A DNA stretch of 62,705 nt from positions 1 through 62,705 of the forward strand of contig JACQSR010000026.1 of NCBI GenBank assembly GCA_016211215.1. The letters run 5' to 3'. Positions 1-7,914 of this stretch are shown one piece after another. Source of the stretch: Candidatus Woesearchaeota archaeon (GTDB taxonomy: Archaea; Nanobdellota; Nanobdellia; Woesearchaeales; JACQSR01). A program made the position numbers and the translations under genes. Within the stretch, counting starts at the first letter, position 1. Each line of letters begins with the position of its first letter. The notes below the pieces were generated by a model. It was not told the origin of the DNA. It searched no databases and saw nothing but the letters and a program-made list of their open reading frames with translations.

Positions 1-20
1 AAATAGTTTTGCCTACTTTT

Positions 21-180
21 AGCTTTGTGTAAAAACTCGCTGCGCTCGGGGTTAGCAGCTTCGAGATTATTCTGTCTTCTGCATTAACCGACATTCCCCA
101 TAGGGATTCCCCCTTGTCGATGTTTATGTAATTGCAAAGAATCTCGACTTTGGCTGCTAACCTACTTTTTACACAAAGCT
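21..180. repeat. Long imperfect inverted repeat (160-nt hairpin); candidate structured ncRNA or MITE/REP-like element
   Basis: Nested complementary arms: AGCTTTGTGTAAAAA 21-35 with TTTTTACACAAAGCT 166-180; GGTTAGCAGC 50-59 with 153-162; TCGAGATT 61-68 with 140-147; CGACA 89-93 with 115-119. Confidence 0.8.
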
Positions 181-216
181 TATGATAATGGGAAGTTTTT
201 TATTGCAGTATGCAAT

Positions 217-1143
217 TTGGCAGTCAGCATGAAAATAAAAAAAAGAACAGTTAAAATTGCCCTGGTTGGACTTGCCATTATTGCAGCGCTATGGCTGGCA
301 TACTTTTACCAGAACAGAAACCCTTACAGCTTTGAAGGAGCATCATTTTCCTATTCCCAAGACCGGGGCAAGGCCGATTATCAAATCTCCCTGAAATCAG
401 AGAACAGCACATTCGACGTTTATGGCATAAACTTCAAAAGCAGGAATTTTCTCAGCTATGAAACAAGAATATACGGAATCCTTCTTATGCCGAAGGGCAG
501 TAAAAATGTCCCGGGCCTGGTGCTTCTTCCTGGCGGCGGTGTAAAAAAGGAATCGGAGATGAAGGTTGCGTCAAAGATTGCGGAGTTGGGGTATGCAGTT
601 CTCACTATTGACCAGCGTGGCATTGGCGAAACTGGGGGCTATTATCTAAACCTCGAGCAGGATTATGGGGTGTTTGCGCAGGGCAATGAGCCGATACAGC
701 ACCTGAGCGTGTATGATGCGTTAAGGGCATTTGACGTCCTCAGGTCAATGAACAATGTTGATAAAGGCAATATTGCAATTGCAGGCGAAAGCATGGGCGG
801 CAGGTACGCCATAATTGCGGCAGCAGTTGACAAAAGGCTTAAGGGAGTCATTGCAATCAGCACTTCGGGATTTAATGTGAAGGAGGAGGATACACCCTAC
901 AATTCCTATCTTCTGTCCATAGACCCTGACAGGTATATCGGAAAAATCTCGCCCAGAAGTGTTTTTATGCTGCACGGCACAAATGACTCAACAGTACCAT
1001 TGGATGCTGCCAGGGCAACTTTCAATCTTGCAAATGAGCCAAAGAAGTTCTACACAGCGGATGGGTGCGGGCACGGCTACTGTGATAAGATGCATGAAAC
1101 CCTTAATGAATCCCTTTCAGCCTTATTTGGGAGAAAGGTTTAA
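217..1143 (+). CDS. Membrane-anchored alpha/beta hydrolase (esterase/peptidase-like)
   Basis: N-terminal TM helix, LLPGGG oxyanion region, IDQRGIGET, GESMGG nucleophile elbow, HGTND and C-terminal GH; ATG at 229 is an alternative start. Confidence 0.8.
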   Translation: MAVSMKIKKRTVKIALVGLAIIAALWLAYFYQNRNPYSFEGASFSYSQDRGKADYQISLKSENSTFDVYGINFKSRNFLSYETRIYGILLMPKGSKNVPGLVLLPGGGVKKESEMKVASKIAELGYAVLTIDQRGIGETGGYYLNLEQDYGVFAQGNEPIQHLSVYDALRAFDVLRSMNNVDKGNIAIAGESMGGRYAIIAAAVDKRLKGVIAISTSGFNVKEEDTPYNSYLLSIDPDRYIGKISPRSVFMLHGTNDSTVPLDAARATFNLANEPKKFYTADGCGHGYCDKMHETLNESLSALFGRKV

Positions 1144-1169
1144 AAATCACTTCTGTGGTAAGTTGCTGA

Positions 1170-2657
1170 ATGGAGCTGAAAGTAAAGGATATGGACATCG
1201 CGACTGGAGGCCCTCTGGTTGTAATTCTCAATAAAGTTGACGCGCATCGTTATGACCTGCACAATCTTGACCGTATCATAGCCTCAAATGGCAGGAAAAA
1301 GGCGACCGTGATTCTGGACATAGCCGAAAGCGAAAAAGCAGTTCCCTCTGGCCGCATAGGCCTTTTCGAGGAAGTTCTTGCCGTTCTCGGCGCGAAGTCC
1401 AATGACACTGTGCGCATAAAGGTGTCAAGGAAGCCCGATTCAGTTTCCTTCATAAGGTCAAAGCTCGACGGCAAAACACTTAATCCTGAAGAGATAGACC
1501 AAATTGTTAAGGGAATTGTAAATTCTGAGCTTAGCGATGTTGAGCTGACATACTTTATTTCAGGTTGCTACACAAACGGACTTTCGAACAGGGAAACCAT
1601 AGCGTTGACAAGGGCTATTGTAAAGTACAGCGACAGGATAAATGTAAAGGACGGCCCGGTTTTGGACAAGCATTGCACCGGTGGCGTTCCGAACAACCGC
1701 ACAACCATGATTATTGTTCCCATACTGACGTCCCTTGGCTTTTACGTTCCAAAGACCTCTTCGAGGAGCATCACAAGCCCAGCAGGAACCGCAGACACCA
1801 TGGAGGTCCTTGCCCCTGTTTCTTTCCCAATCCCAAAGATTAAGGAAATCCTCAAAAAAGTCAACGGCTGCATAGTCTGGGGCGGCGGCTTAAACCTTGC
1901 CAGTGCGGATGACAAGCTGATAAAGCTCAGAAATCCATTGTATCTCGACCCCGAAGGCATGCTGCTTGCCTCCATTCTCGCAAAGAAGCTTGCCGTAAGC
2001 GCCACTCATGTACTGATAGACATTCCGGTTGGTGAAGAGACAAAAATAAAGTCAATGGCGCGTGCGTTCAGGCTGAAAAAGAGATTCGAGCACATAGGCA
2101 AAAAGCTTGGGATGAAAATATCCGTTTTCATTTCCGACGGCTCAGAGCCGATAGGGAATGGCATGGGCCCTGCCCTTGAGGCAAGAGATGTCCTTTACAT
2201 TTTGCGCAATGACAGGCGCGCTCCGTCTGATTTGAGGGAGAAATCAATAACAATGTGCGTTAAGATGCTGGAAATGCTCGGCAACCCCAATTCAAGGGAA
2301 GTGATTGAGCAGATTCTCAAGTCAGGAAACGCCTACAAGAAAATGATGCAAATCATAAAGGCCCAGGGCGGCAATCCGGATATACTTCCAGGTGATATAA
2401 AGCTTGGAAAATTCACTTATGACTGCAGGTCGAAAAAATCCGGAAAGCTTGTCAACATAGACAACAGGGTAGTTGCCAAGGTGGCAAGGATTGCAGGCGC
2501 TCCTTTGGACAAGGGTGCCGGGATTTACTTCTACAGGCATCGTGGTGATAAGATAAAAAAAAGGGATATTCTTTACACGGTCTATTCCGACAACAGCCAA
2601 CGCCTTGCATATGCAAAAGAAACCCTTAACTCCGCTCAGATGGTATACGTAGAATGA
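1170..2657 (+). CDS. deoA: AMP phosphorylase (thymidine phosphorylase family, archaeal nucleoside salvage)
   Basis: DKHCTGGVPNNRTT, KTSSRSITSPAGTADTME, QPIG-like EPIGNGMGPALEA, GAPLDKGAG, plus the N-terminal double-psi barrel extension typical of AMPpase. Confidence 0.92.
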   Translation: MELKVKDMDIATGGPLVVILNKVDAHRYDLHNLDRIIASNGRKKATVILDIAESEKAVPSGRIGLFEEVLAVLGAKSNDTVRIKVSRKPDSVSFIRSKLDGKTLNPEEIDQIVKGIVNSELSDVELTYFISGCYTNGLSNRETIALTRAIVKYSDRINVKDGPVLDKHCTGGVPNNRTTMIIVPILTSLGFYVPKTSSRSITSPAGTADTMEVLAPVSFPIPKIKEILKKVNGCIVWGGGLNLASADDKLIKLRNPLYLDPEGMLLASILAKKLAVSATHVLIDIPVGEETKIKSMARAFRLKKRFEHIGKKLGMKISVFISDGSEPIGNGMGPALEARDVLYILRNDRRAPSDLREKSITMCVKMLEMLGNPNSREVIEQILKSGNAYKKMMQIIKAQGGNPDILPGDIKLGKFTYDCRSKKSGKLVNIDNRVVAKVARIAGAPLDKGAGIYFYRHRGDKIKKRDILYTVYSDNSQRLAYAKETLNSAQMVYVE

Positions 2658-2932
2658 CAGACTGCAGGAAATGCGCGAAATGCTGTAAAAACGTCATTGT
2701 CATCCCGAACAAGCGGGATATAACGCCCATAGTCAATCTGGGCTTTAGTGGAAAAGACTTCCTCGCTAAGTTTGGGCCCCGCAGATGCAGCATCCTGGCA
2801 AGAAAGCAAAATGGCGACTGCATATTTCTCGAGAAAGACAAAATTTACTCCTGCAGAATTTATCCCTCAAGGCCCGAGGCGTGCAGAAAATATCCGTTCG
2901 GTGGAATTAAGGATTGCAGGGAATTATCCTGA
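2654..2932 (+). CDS. YkgJ-family cysteine-cluster (Zn/Fe-chelating) protein
   Basis: CRKCAKCC...CIFL...CRIYPSRPEACRKYPF; 4-nt overlap with the AMP phosphorylase stop. Confidence 0.8.
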   Translation: MTDCRKCAKCCKNVIVIPNKRDITPIVNLGFSGKDFLAKFGPRRCSILARKQNGDCIFLEKDKIYSCRIYPSRPEACRKYPFGGIKDCRELS

Positions 2933-3862
2933 CCATCTTGCCCATGCCTTCTTTTCAACCCCATTTCTTCCCTTAAGGCCCATAGTGTCAAAAGGGGCTA
3001 TTGTCTTTTGGTCATACAAAAAGCTCCAAATCTTAATCTCGGGGCTGCCGGCAAGCTCGCCGAATTTGTCTACAAACAACGCCTGTTCCTCCTCGCTGGA
3101 ATCTCTGCCCGGCATGCTTTCGCTTGGCCAACCCATCTCCGTAAATCCTATTGGAAGGCTTGTGTGCTGCTTGATGCTGCTGTAGTAATCTGAAGGGATG
3201 TCTACGGGATTGTCGTATACTAAGTATGGATAGGTGGTAAACACCGCAATGTCGAGCTTGAAGTCATCAAGCATGCTCCACTGTTCTGATGGAGATTCCC
3301 ACAGTCCTTTCATTGCCTCAAGCTGGAATGCTGTAAAGACCTTTGTGTTTGGGGATGCAGCCTTTACCGCATCATACGCCTTGTTGTACAAAGAAACAAA
3401 CTCTTTATAGCCGTTTGGGGATTTTAACCCGTAATAATTAGTTTCAATTCCTATGCCAATGTACTTTGGCTTGTAGGTTTCAGCAAATTTTGCTATGCTG
3501 CTGACATACTGCACCTCATTCTCGCTTATGCTTCTCAGCACCTTGCCCTTGCTTTGCGTGAATGGGGTAACCTCTATTATTGCGTTAGCACCATACATGG
3601 AAGCAACCACGTACGGAGCGCTCCTGGGATTATTCAATTCGTTCCAGTCGCCTGCCCAAAGCATTGCGTTGCCTGCCTTCTGCGCATCCGAAAGGAATTC
3701 CTTAAAATCTGAAGATGAGAAGCTCCTCGGGGATAAGGAAACTCCAACAAGCCTCTCGCCCTGCTGGGGTATAGGAATGATAGTATTTTTCGGCTGCTCT
3801 GTCTTGCAGCCAGCCATAACCATAAGCACAACCACCATTAACGCAAGTATTGCCTTTTTCAT
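2924..3862 (-). CDS. Lipoprotein, putative clan GH-A glycoside hydrolase (TIM barrel)
   Basis: Lipobox VMAGC; GIGIETN (putative acid/base) and GFTEMGWPS (putative nucleophile) motifs. Confidence 0.65.
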   Translation of the reverse strand: MKKAILALMVVVLMVMAGCKTEQPKNTIIPIPQQGERLVGVSLSPRSFSSSDFKEFLSDAQKAGNAMLWAGDWNELNNPRSAPYVVASMYGANAIIEVTPFTQSKGKVLRSISENEVQYVSSIAKFAETYKPKYIGIGIETNYYGLKSPNGYKEFVSLYNKAYDAVKAASPNTKVFTAFQLEAMKGLWESPSEQWSMLDDFKLDIAVFTTYPYLVYDNPVDIPSDYYSSIKQHTSLPIGFTEMGWPSESMPGRDSSEEEQALFVDKFGELAGSPEIKIWSFLYDQKTIAPFDTMGLKGRNGVEKKAWARWSG

Positions 3863-4007
3863 GCAGTTGCCTTAATCTGTATTATTTAAATAGCTTGCCT
3901 TGCCTTATTAGTATATCAGTATACAAAAGAGTAAAGTTTATATACTAGTATTATCTTATCACCCAAGATTGGCAATTATGCTCTTCACAAGCTAAGAAGG
4001 TGGAAGA

Positions 4008-4733
4008 ATGGAAAACGACCGCACAATCAAAAAAATGGTTATGGACATAGTGGAAGACAATCAGAAAATATTTGTCGGAGATGCCAACAAGTTCAACAGG
4101 CTGGTTCCCTCTCTTTTGAGGAAAGGCATCAACAATCTTGACCTGACAATGTTTACACCTGAGCTGCGCTCCGAGATTCTTACTGCCCTTGGGGAAGAGT
4201 ACAGAAGAAAAGGCAACCTCGATGATGCAGTAAAATCTTTTGTTATGGCTGCAAACAGGGAGAAGCTGAACGAGCTAGGCGCGGATTATGAAAGATTATC
4301 GCAGTTTGACAACTGCATTGAAGTTTACAGGCTTTCCGGAAACAAGGAAAAGCTTCTTGAGCTCGGCAAGAAATTCCTGAACGACGGCAGGCTGGAGCAC
4401 GCCATAAAGGCCTTCAGCTCCATAGGGGATAATTCCTCCCTGCTTGAAGTCGGAGACCAGTGCGTTCACAAGTACAAATGGGAATACGCCCTTGAGATAT
4501 TCTCAACCATAAAGGATGCAAACAAGCTGGTTGAGCTCGGAGACAAGTGCGTTCAGGAGAAGCAGTTTGACATCGCAATAAAGGCATTCGAGATTGCCGG
4601 CGACAAGGAAAAGCTTAGCATGGTTGGCGATATCTGCCTGAAGGAAGAGATGGTATCCAAAGCGTTGGAGGCATACGGTCTTGCGCAGAATACCATCATG
4701 GTAGAATTCATACAGCAGAATTTCCACGATTAA
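4008..4733 (+). CDS. Alpha-solenoid protein with six 29-aa helical repeats
   Basis: Repeats of the form xxxLxxLGxxxxxxxxxxxAxxxFxxxxD/N with exact 29-aa period. Confidence 0.75.
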   Translation: MENDRTIKKMVMDIVEDNQKIFVGDANKFNRLVPSLLRKGINNLDLTMFTPELRSEILTALGEEYRRKGNLDDAVKSFVMAANREKLNELGADYERLSQFDNCIEVYRLSGNKEKLLELGKKFLNDGRLEHAIKAFSSIGDNSSLLEVGDQCVHKYKWEYALEIFSTIKDANKLVELGDKCVQEKQFDIAIKAFEIAGDKEKLSMVGDICLKEEMVSKALEAYGLAQNTIMVEFIQQNFHD

Positions 4734-4734
4734 A

Positions 4735-5094
4735 ATGGACCTCATTTTGAAAAACAACATTGTAGAGCCGATGTTATCCCAGGATTACCTTCTTGAGAAA
4801 AAATTCCAGCTCATGGTGGAGCAGATCACCAAGAAGATGAGAAGCGAGATTGAAAGCCTCAACGTCAAGGTCGGCAAGCTCCAGGAAGAGGTTTTTGACC
4901 TGAAAGGCAAGTTGCAGAGAATCGAAGCTGTACAAATTGTGCAGCCAGTCCAAGCTGCGCCGGTCACAGCACCTCAGCAGCCATCACAGGAGCCTCCCAA
5001 GCGCGCGGAAATGCCGGGGCGCCCTGACCCAAAAGACTACAACGAAGGGGAAATCACAATAGAAAAGTATTTCAGCTTCGGGAAGAAGAGGTAA
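4735..5094 (+). CDS. Hypothetical coiled-coil protein with Pro/Gln-rich linker
   Basis: Heptad pattern in aa 25-65, PQ-rich linker; starts 1 nt after the solenoid gene stop. Confidence 0.65.
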   Translation: MDLILKNNIVEPMLSQDYLLEKKFQLMVEQITKKMRSEIESLNVKVGKLQEEVFDLKGKLQRIEAVQIVQPVQAAPVTAPQQPSQEPPKRAEMPGRPDPKDYNEGEITIEKYFSFGKKR

Positions 5095-5107
5095 ATTCAG
5101 CAAAGTT

Positions 5108-5495
5108 TTAATAGTGGGTTTCGTTTCGTTCTATTATGTCCGACATTACGCCCGGCCGTGAGCACCCATTTGTGGAAAAGTATCTAAACTATAAGACTCT
5201 TGATAAGGTGGTTTTTGGTGCATCTGCAGTAGGCTTTGGATATGTGCTTGGAATGGCGCAAAAGACTGGATTTGAGCTCCCTGAAGATACGAAGGCCATA
5301 CTTGCGGTAGCGCCAACAACTGTTTATGCTTGCCTGGATTCTCAGAGAAAAACAGATTTGCCTTTTAGATATCAGCTAACAAACTCATGCAAGAATCTCT
5401 TTAAGGGTGGGCTTCTAACCGCAATAGGATATGGATTGGGATATTTGCTAAATTAGGCTTTTTTCGTGGTGATTAAACGAAACGAGTTAATAGTG
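5108..5495. mobile_element. Possible mini-cassette: 9-bp direct repeats and 10-bp subterminal inverted repeats around one ORF
   Basis: TTAATAGTG at 5108-5116 and 5487-5495; TCGTTTCGTT 5121-5130 with AACGAAACGA 5476-5485. Confidence 0.4.
5136..5456 (+). CDS. Small hypothetical membrane protein with Gly-rich hydrophobic segments
   Basis: 106-aa ORF with VVFGASAVGFGYVLG and GGLLTAIGYGLGYLL segments. Confidence 0.55.
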   Translation: MSDITPGREHPFVEKYLNYKTLDKVVFGASAVGFGYVLGMAQKTGFELPEDTKAILAVAPTTVYACLDSQRKTDLPFRYQLTNSCKNLFKGGLLTAIGYGLGYLLN

Positions 5496-5591
5496 AAATC
5501 TAAAATAAAAAGTACGCCATCTTCAGTATTCTGACCCCCCAATAACCGTATCGCGATGGCCATAATCAATAAGCCTAACTAAATTATCGTA

Positions 5592-5673
5592 TTGCGGATT
5601 TACGCATAATATCTCTCATTTTACATATTTAGCTATGCGGATTTACGCATAGAAACAATGCGTAATTACGCAT
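5592..5673. promoter_or_regulatory. Three 16-bp palindromic operator-like sites upstream of the HEPN-MNT pair
   Basis: TTGCGGATTTACGCAT 5592-5607, ATGCGGATTTACGCAT 5635-5650, perfect palindrome ATGCGTAATTACGCAT 5658-5673. Confidence 0.7.
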
Positions 5674-5684
5674 TAAACCATAAC

Positions 5685-5695
5685 TTTTAAATATA
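5685..5695 (+). promoter_or_regulatory. TATA-box-like element for the HEPN-MNT operon
   Basis: TTTTAAATATA ending 22 nt before ATG 5717, consistent with a leaderless archaeal transcript. Confidence 0.5.
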
Positions 5696-5716
5696 GGTGG
5701 AGATTACGCCCCTATT

Positions 5717-6280
5717 ATGGCATCAATGGATGAAGTCAAAGCTTACTGCAAGGAATTATCGCCTCCTGATGTAGAGAGGGCAGTAAAATTCAACGAGGTT
5801 GCCAGAGATGAATCAATAATCTCTTATGGGATGTTTCTCGAGCAGAATAAGCTTCCAAGGCAGGTTTTTATCCAGGGTTACAATGCAATGTACGCAGCAG
5901 CAGCTTTGTTTTTAGCTAAAAAATACAAGGTAAAAGTTGATGAGCACATGGGTTCAACACATAAAAGAATGCGGGAAGTGCTCGATTTTTATACCAGTGA
6001 TTCTGAGCATCACCAAAAATTAATAGCGCTTTATGAGAAAGCAATCGAAAAATTCCAGATACTAAATCAACAGTACAATAGTGAAAAACACTTTGCCAGC
6101 AAGGTGGTAAGTGATTTAATGAGTGAGGGATTTTATCAAGGTAAAAAAGTTACATATTATGCTGAAATACCTCCTGGTAGAAAAGATCCCCTCACATTAG
6201 ACATACCTGATGCAAAAAAGTTTATCCGGGATATAGTAGAACCTTTTCTATTTATTATTGGTGAGCTTACAAATGCTTGA
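5717..6280 (+). CDS. HEPN domain protein (putative toxin)
   Basis: QGYNAMYAAAALFL helix and STH motif of archaeal HEPN domains; overlaps the MNT gene. Confidence 0.7.
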   Translation: MASMDEVKAYCKELSPPDVERAVKFNEVARDESIISYGMFLEQNKLPRQVFIQGYNAMYAAAALFLAKKYKVKVDEHMGSTHKRMREVLDFYTSDSEHHQKLIALYEKAIEKFQILNQQYNSEKHFASKVVSDLMSEGFYQGKKVTYYAEIPPGRKDPLTLDIPDAKKFIRDIVEPFLFIIGELTNA

Positions 6281-6875
6281 TAACCTGCTGGGAAACAAAA
6301 CAAATATTCTTGTATTAAGATTCTTAACGAAATTCCAGAATCAGTTTTTCCCTATAGAAGAGATTGCCAATGAAGTTGGTGCAGGATTGAGAAATGTTTA
6401 TGATTCTTTAAGCATACTTACCAACGAGAATTTTTTAAAGACTAAAGTAAGCAAAGGTAGAGTTTACTACAAATTTGATGTCGATTCAAACGTTAAAAGA
6501 TTAATCCTTGATTTGTTTGAAGAAGAAAGAAAAAGGCTGCTTTTTAAGACCAACACCCTCTATAAAACCCTATCAGAAATTGAATTGAGAACAATCAAAT
6601 TGTTAGGGTCAAATTTAGTGGATATATTCTTATTTGGCAGCATTGCAAAAGGCAGGGACACAATCAATTCGGACATAGACTTATGCATTCTTGTTAAAGA
6701 AAAAGATCCCAAATTATTAGACAAAATACGAACAATACAATTCGATGATAAGTTCAAACAGGATATACAAATTCATGTTTTTACATCAACAGAGTTTATA
6801 GATGGGGATAAAAATGAAAATCCACTAATAAAGAGCATCATAAGGGATGGTTTATCACTCAAGATAGGCAGGTAG
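6273..6875 (+). CDS. Winged-HTH plus minimal nucleotidyltransferase (MNT antitoxin)
   Basis: LFGSIAKG...SDIDL pol-beta motif; N-terminal HTH (IEEIANEVGAGLRNVYDSL); start moved to ATG 6273 overlapping the HEPN stop. Confidence 0.85.
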   Translation: MLDNLLGNKTNILVLRFLTKFQNQFFPIEEIANEVGAGLRNVYDSLSILTNENFLKTKVSKGRVYYKFDVDSNVKRLILDLFEEERKRLLFKTNTLYKTLSEIELRTIKLLGSNLVDIFLFGSIAKGRDTINSDIDLCILVKEKDPKLLDKIRTIQFDDKFKQDIQIHVFTSTEFIDGDKNENPLIKSIIRDGLSLKIGR

Positions 6876-6928
6876 GGGCGGCAAGATTTATAGGGTGGGA
6901 GTTTAATGTGCCCATAATGGAAAAAGTA

Positions 6929-7012
6929 CGCCAGCGCCAGGATTTGAACCTGGAAGTCCTTGCGGACACCTGCTTTCGAGGCAAGCGCAATGCCGGATTA
7001 TGCGACGCTGGC
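6929..7012 (-). tRNA. tRNA-Ser(CGA), intronless, no encoded CCA
   Basis: Acceptor GCCAGCG/CGCTGGC, anticodon loop CT-CGA-AA, long variable arm, GGTTCAAATCC T-loop, G discriminator; 84 nt. Confidence 0.95.
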
Positions 7013-7019
7013 ATAATAC

Positions 7020-7853
7020 TCAATTGCTTTTTTTCTTGTTTTCCAGCCTCTTCCTGCTTTCCGGCATATTAAGGTAATTGTCTTCGGAAGGTAATTTTTC
7101 TCCGCTTCTATCTTCGAGTTCCTTTCTTGCGATGCCAGCAACACCGCCGCCTTCTTTTGCAGCATCTTCGTTTTCTTTAAACCCCTGGGCGTTTTTGTTA
7201 CGGGCTATTCTTGTTGTCGAAGCTTCGCCAAGCATGGTAAATATCAGCTCAAGGTCATTCATATGGTCTCGCAGATTCTCTCTTTTAAGCCCTTTGAACT
7301 CCTTGTATTCTTCCACCGTTTTTCCGAATGTGGCTTTGCTTATCTCATTTGTCAATATAGCAAACTCCCTCTCTTCCTCAACCTTTCTCTTCTTCCATTC
7401 ATCTGTAAGCTCCTGCCTTACCGCTATGCCCCTGACCCTCTTTTCAATCCATTCATCCGAATATCCTTTTGCCCTGTAGATTTCCTTCATTCTTGCCTGA
7501 GCAAGCTCTGGGTCGTGTATCTCTTCAACACGCTCGTAACCTACTTGGGCAAGCCACTGCTTAAACGGCTCCGCTTTAGGTGAAGGGATTGACTGAATTA
7601 TCCTGAATATGTTTTTGGTGTTGGCACAATCAGTTTCATAATATTTACCATCCGCAGAGGGCAATTTCAGTTGTAAACAAAATGTTAACAACTGGATTTC
7701 CCTGCCTTTCAAAACACCCCAATACTGCCTGGGACTCGGGCTGTCAGTTAATGTTGCAACCACATCAACAACCGAGAAATACCACTCATTATTATGCCAT
7801 ATCCTTCGGATATTCTTGCCCTGAAAAACCACTATCGCTTTGCCCGCATCCAT
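7020..7853 (-). CDS. Bro-N domain protein (phage antirepressor-like)
   Basis: IRRIW...WYFSVVDVV, IIQSIPSPKAEPFKQWLA, NLRDHMNDLELIF motifs. Confidence 0.85.
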   Translation of the reverse strand: MDAGKAIVVFQGKNIRRIWHNNEWYFSVVDVVATLTDSPSPRQYWGVLKGREIQLLTFCLQLKLPSADGKYYETDCANTKNIFRIIQSIPSPKAEPFKQWLAQVGYERVEEIHDPELAQARMKEIYRAKGYSDEWIEKRVRGIAVRQELTDEWKKRKVEEEREFAILTNEISKATFGKTVEEYKEFKGLKRENLRDHMNDLELIFTMLGEASTTRIARNKNAQGFKENEDAAKEGGGVAGIARKELEDRSGEKLPSEDNYLNMPESRKRLENKKKSN

Positions 7854-7914
7854 CCCTCTTGCGATGATTTATAGCTTTATAACCCTTTCCCCTTAAAAAC
7901 CGGAAGAATTATGG

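Larger units (their letters stand above)
5507..6950. mobile_element. Small AT-rich island at the tRNA-Ser(CGA) 3' end, bounded by an att-like direct repeat
   Basis: AAAAAGTACGCCA exact at 5507-5519 and 6921-6933, extending to 23/30 identity (5507-5536 vs 6921-6950) with the tRNA 3' end; no integrase inside. Confidence 0.6.

Noticed and set aside
1-200. The 21-180 hairpin as a BHB-flanked intron, SRP RNA or tRNA fragment
   Set aside because: The base of the stem forms no 3-4-3 BHB on either strand, and no SRP helix-8 or tRNA arms are present
5592-5673. Palindromic 16-mers as a mini CRISPR array
   Set aside because: Units are too short, the spacers are 27 and 7 nt, and there are no cas genes; operator sites fit better
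5100-7900. An intact prophage or integrative element
   Set aside because: No integrase, transposase, replication or capsid genes anywhere in the window; only remnants are supportable
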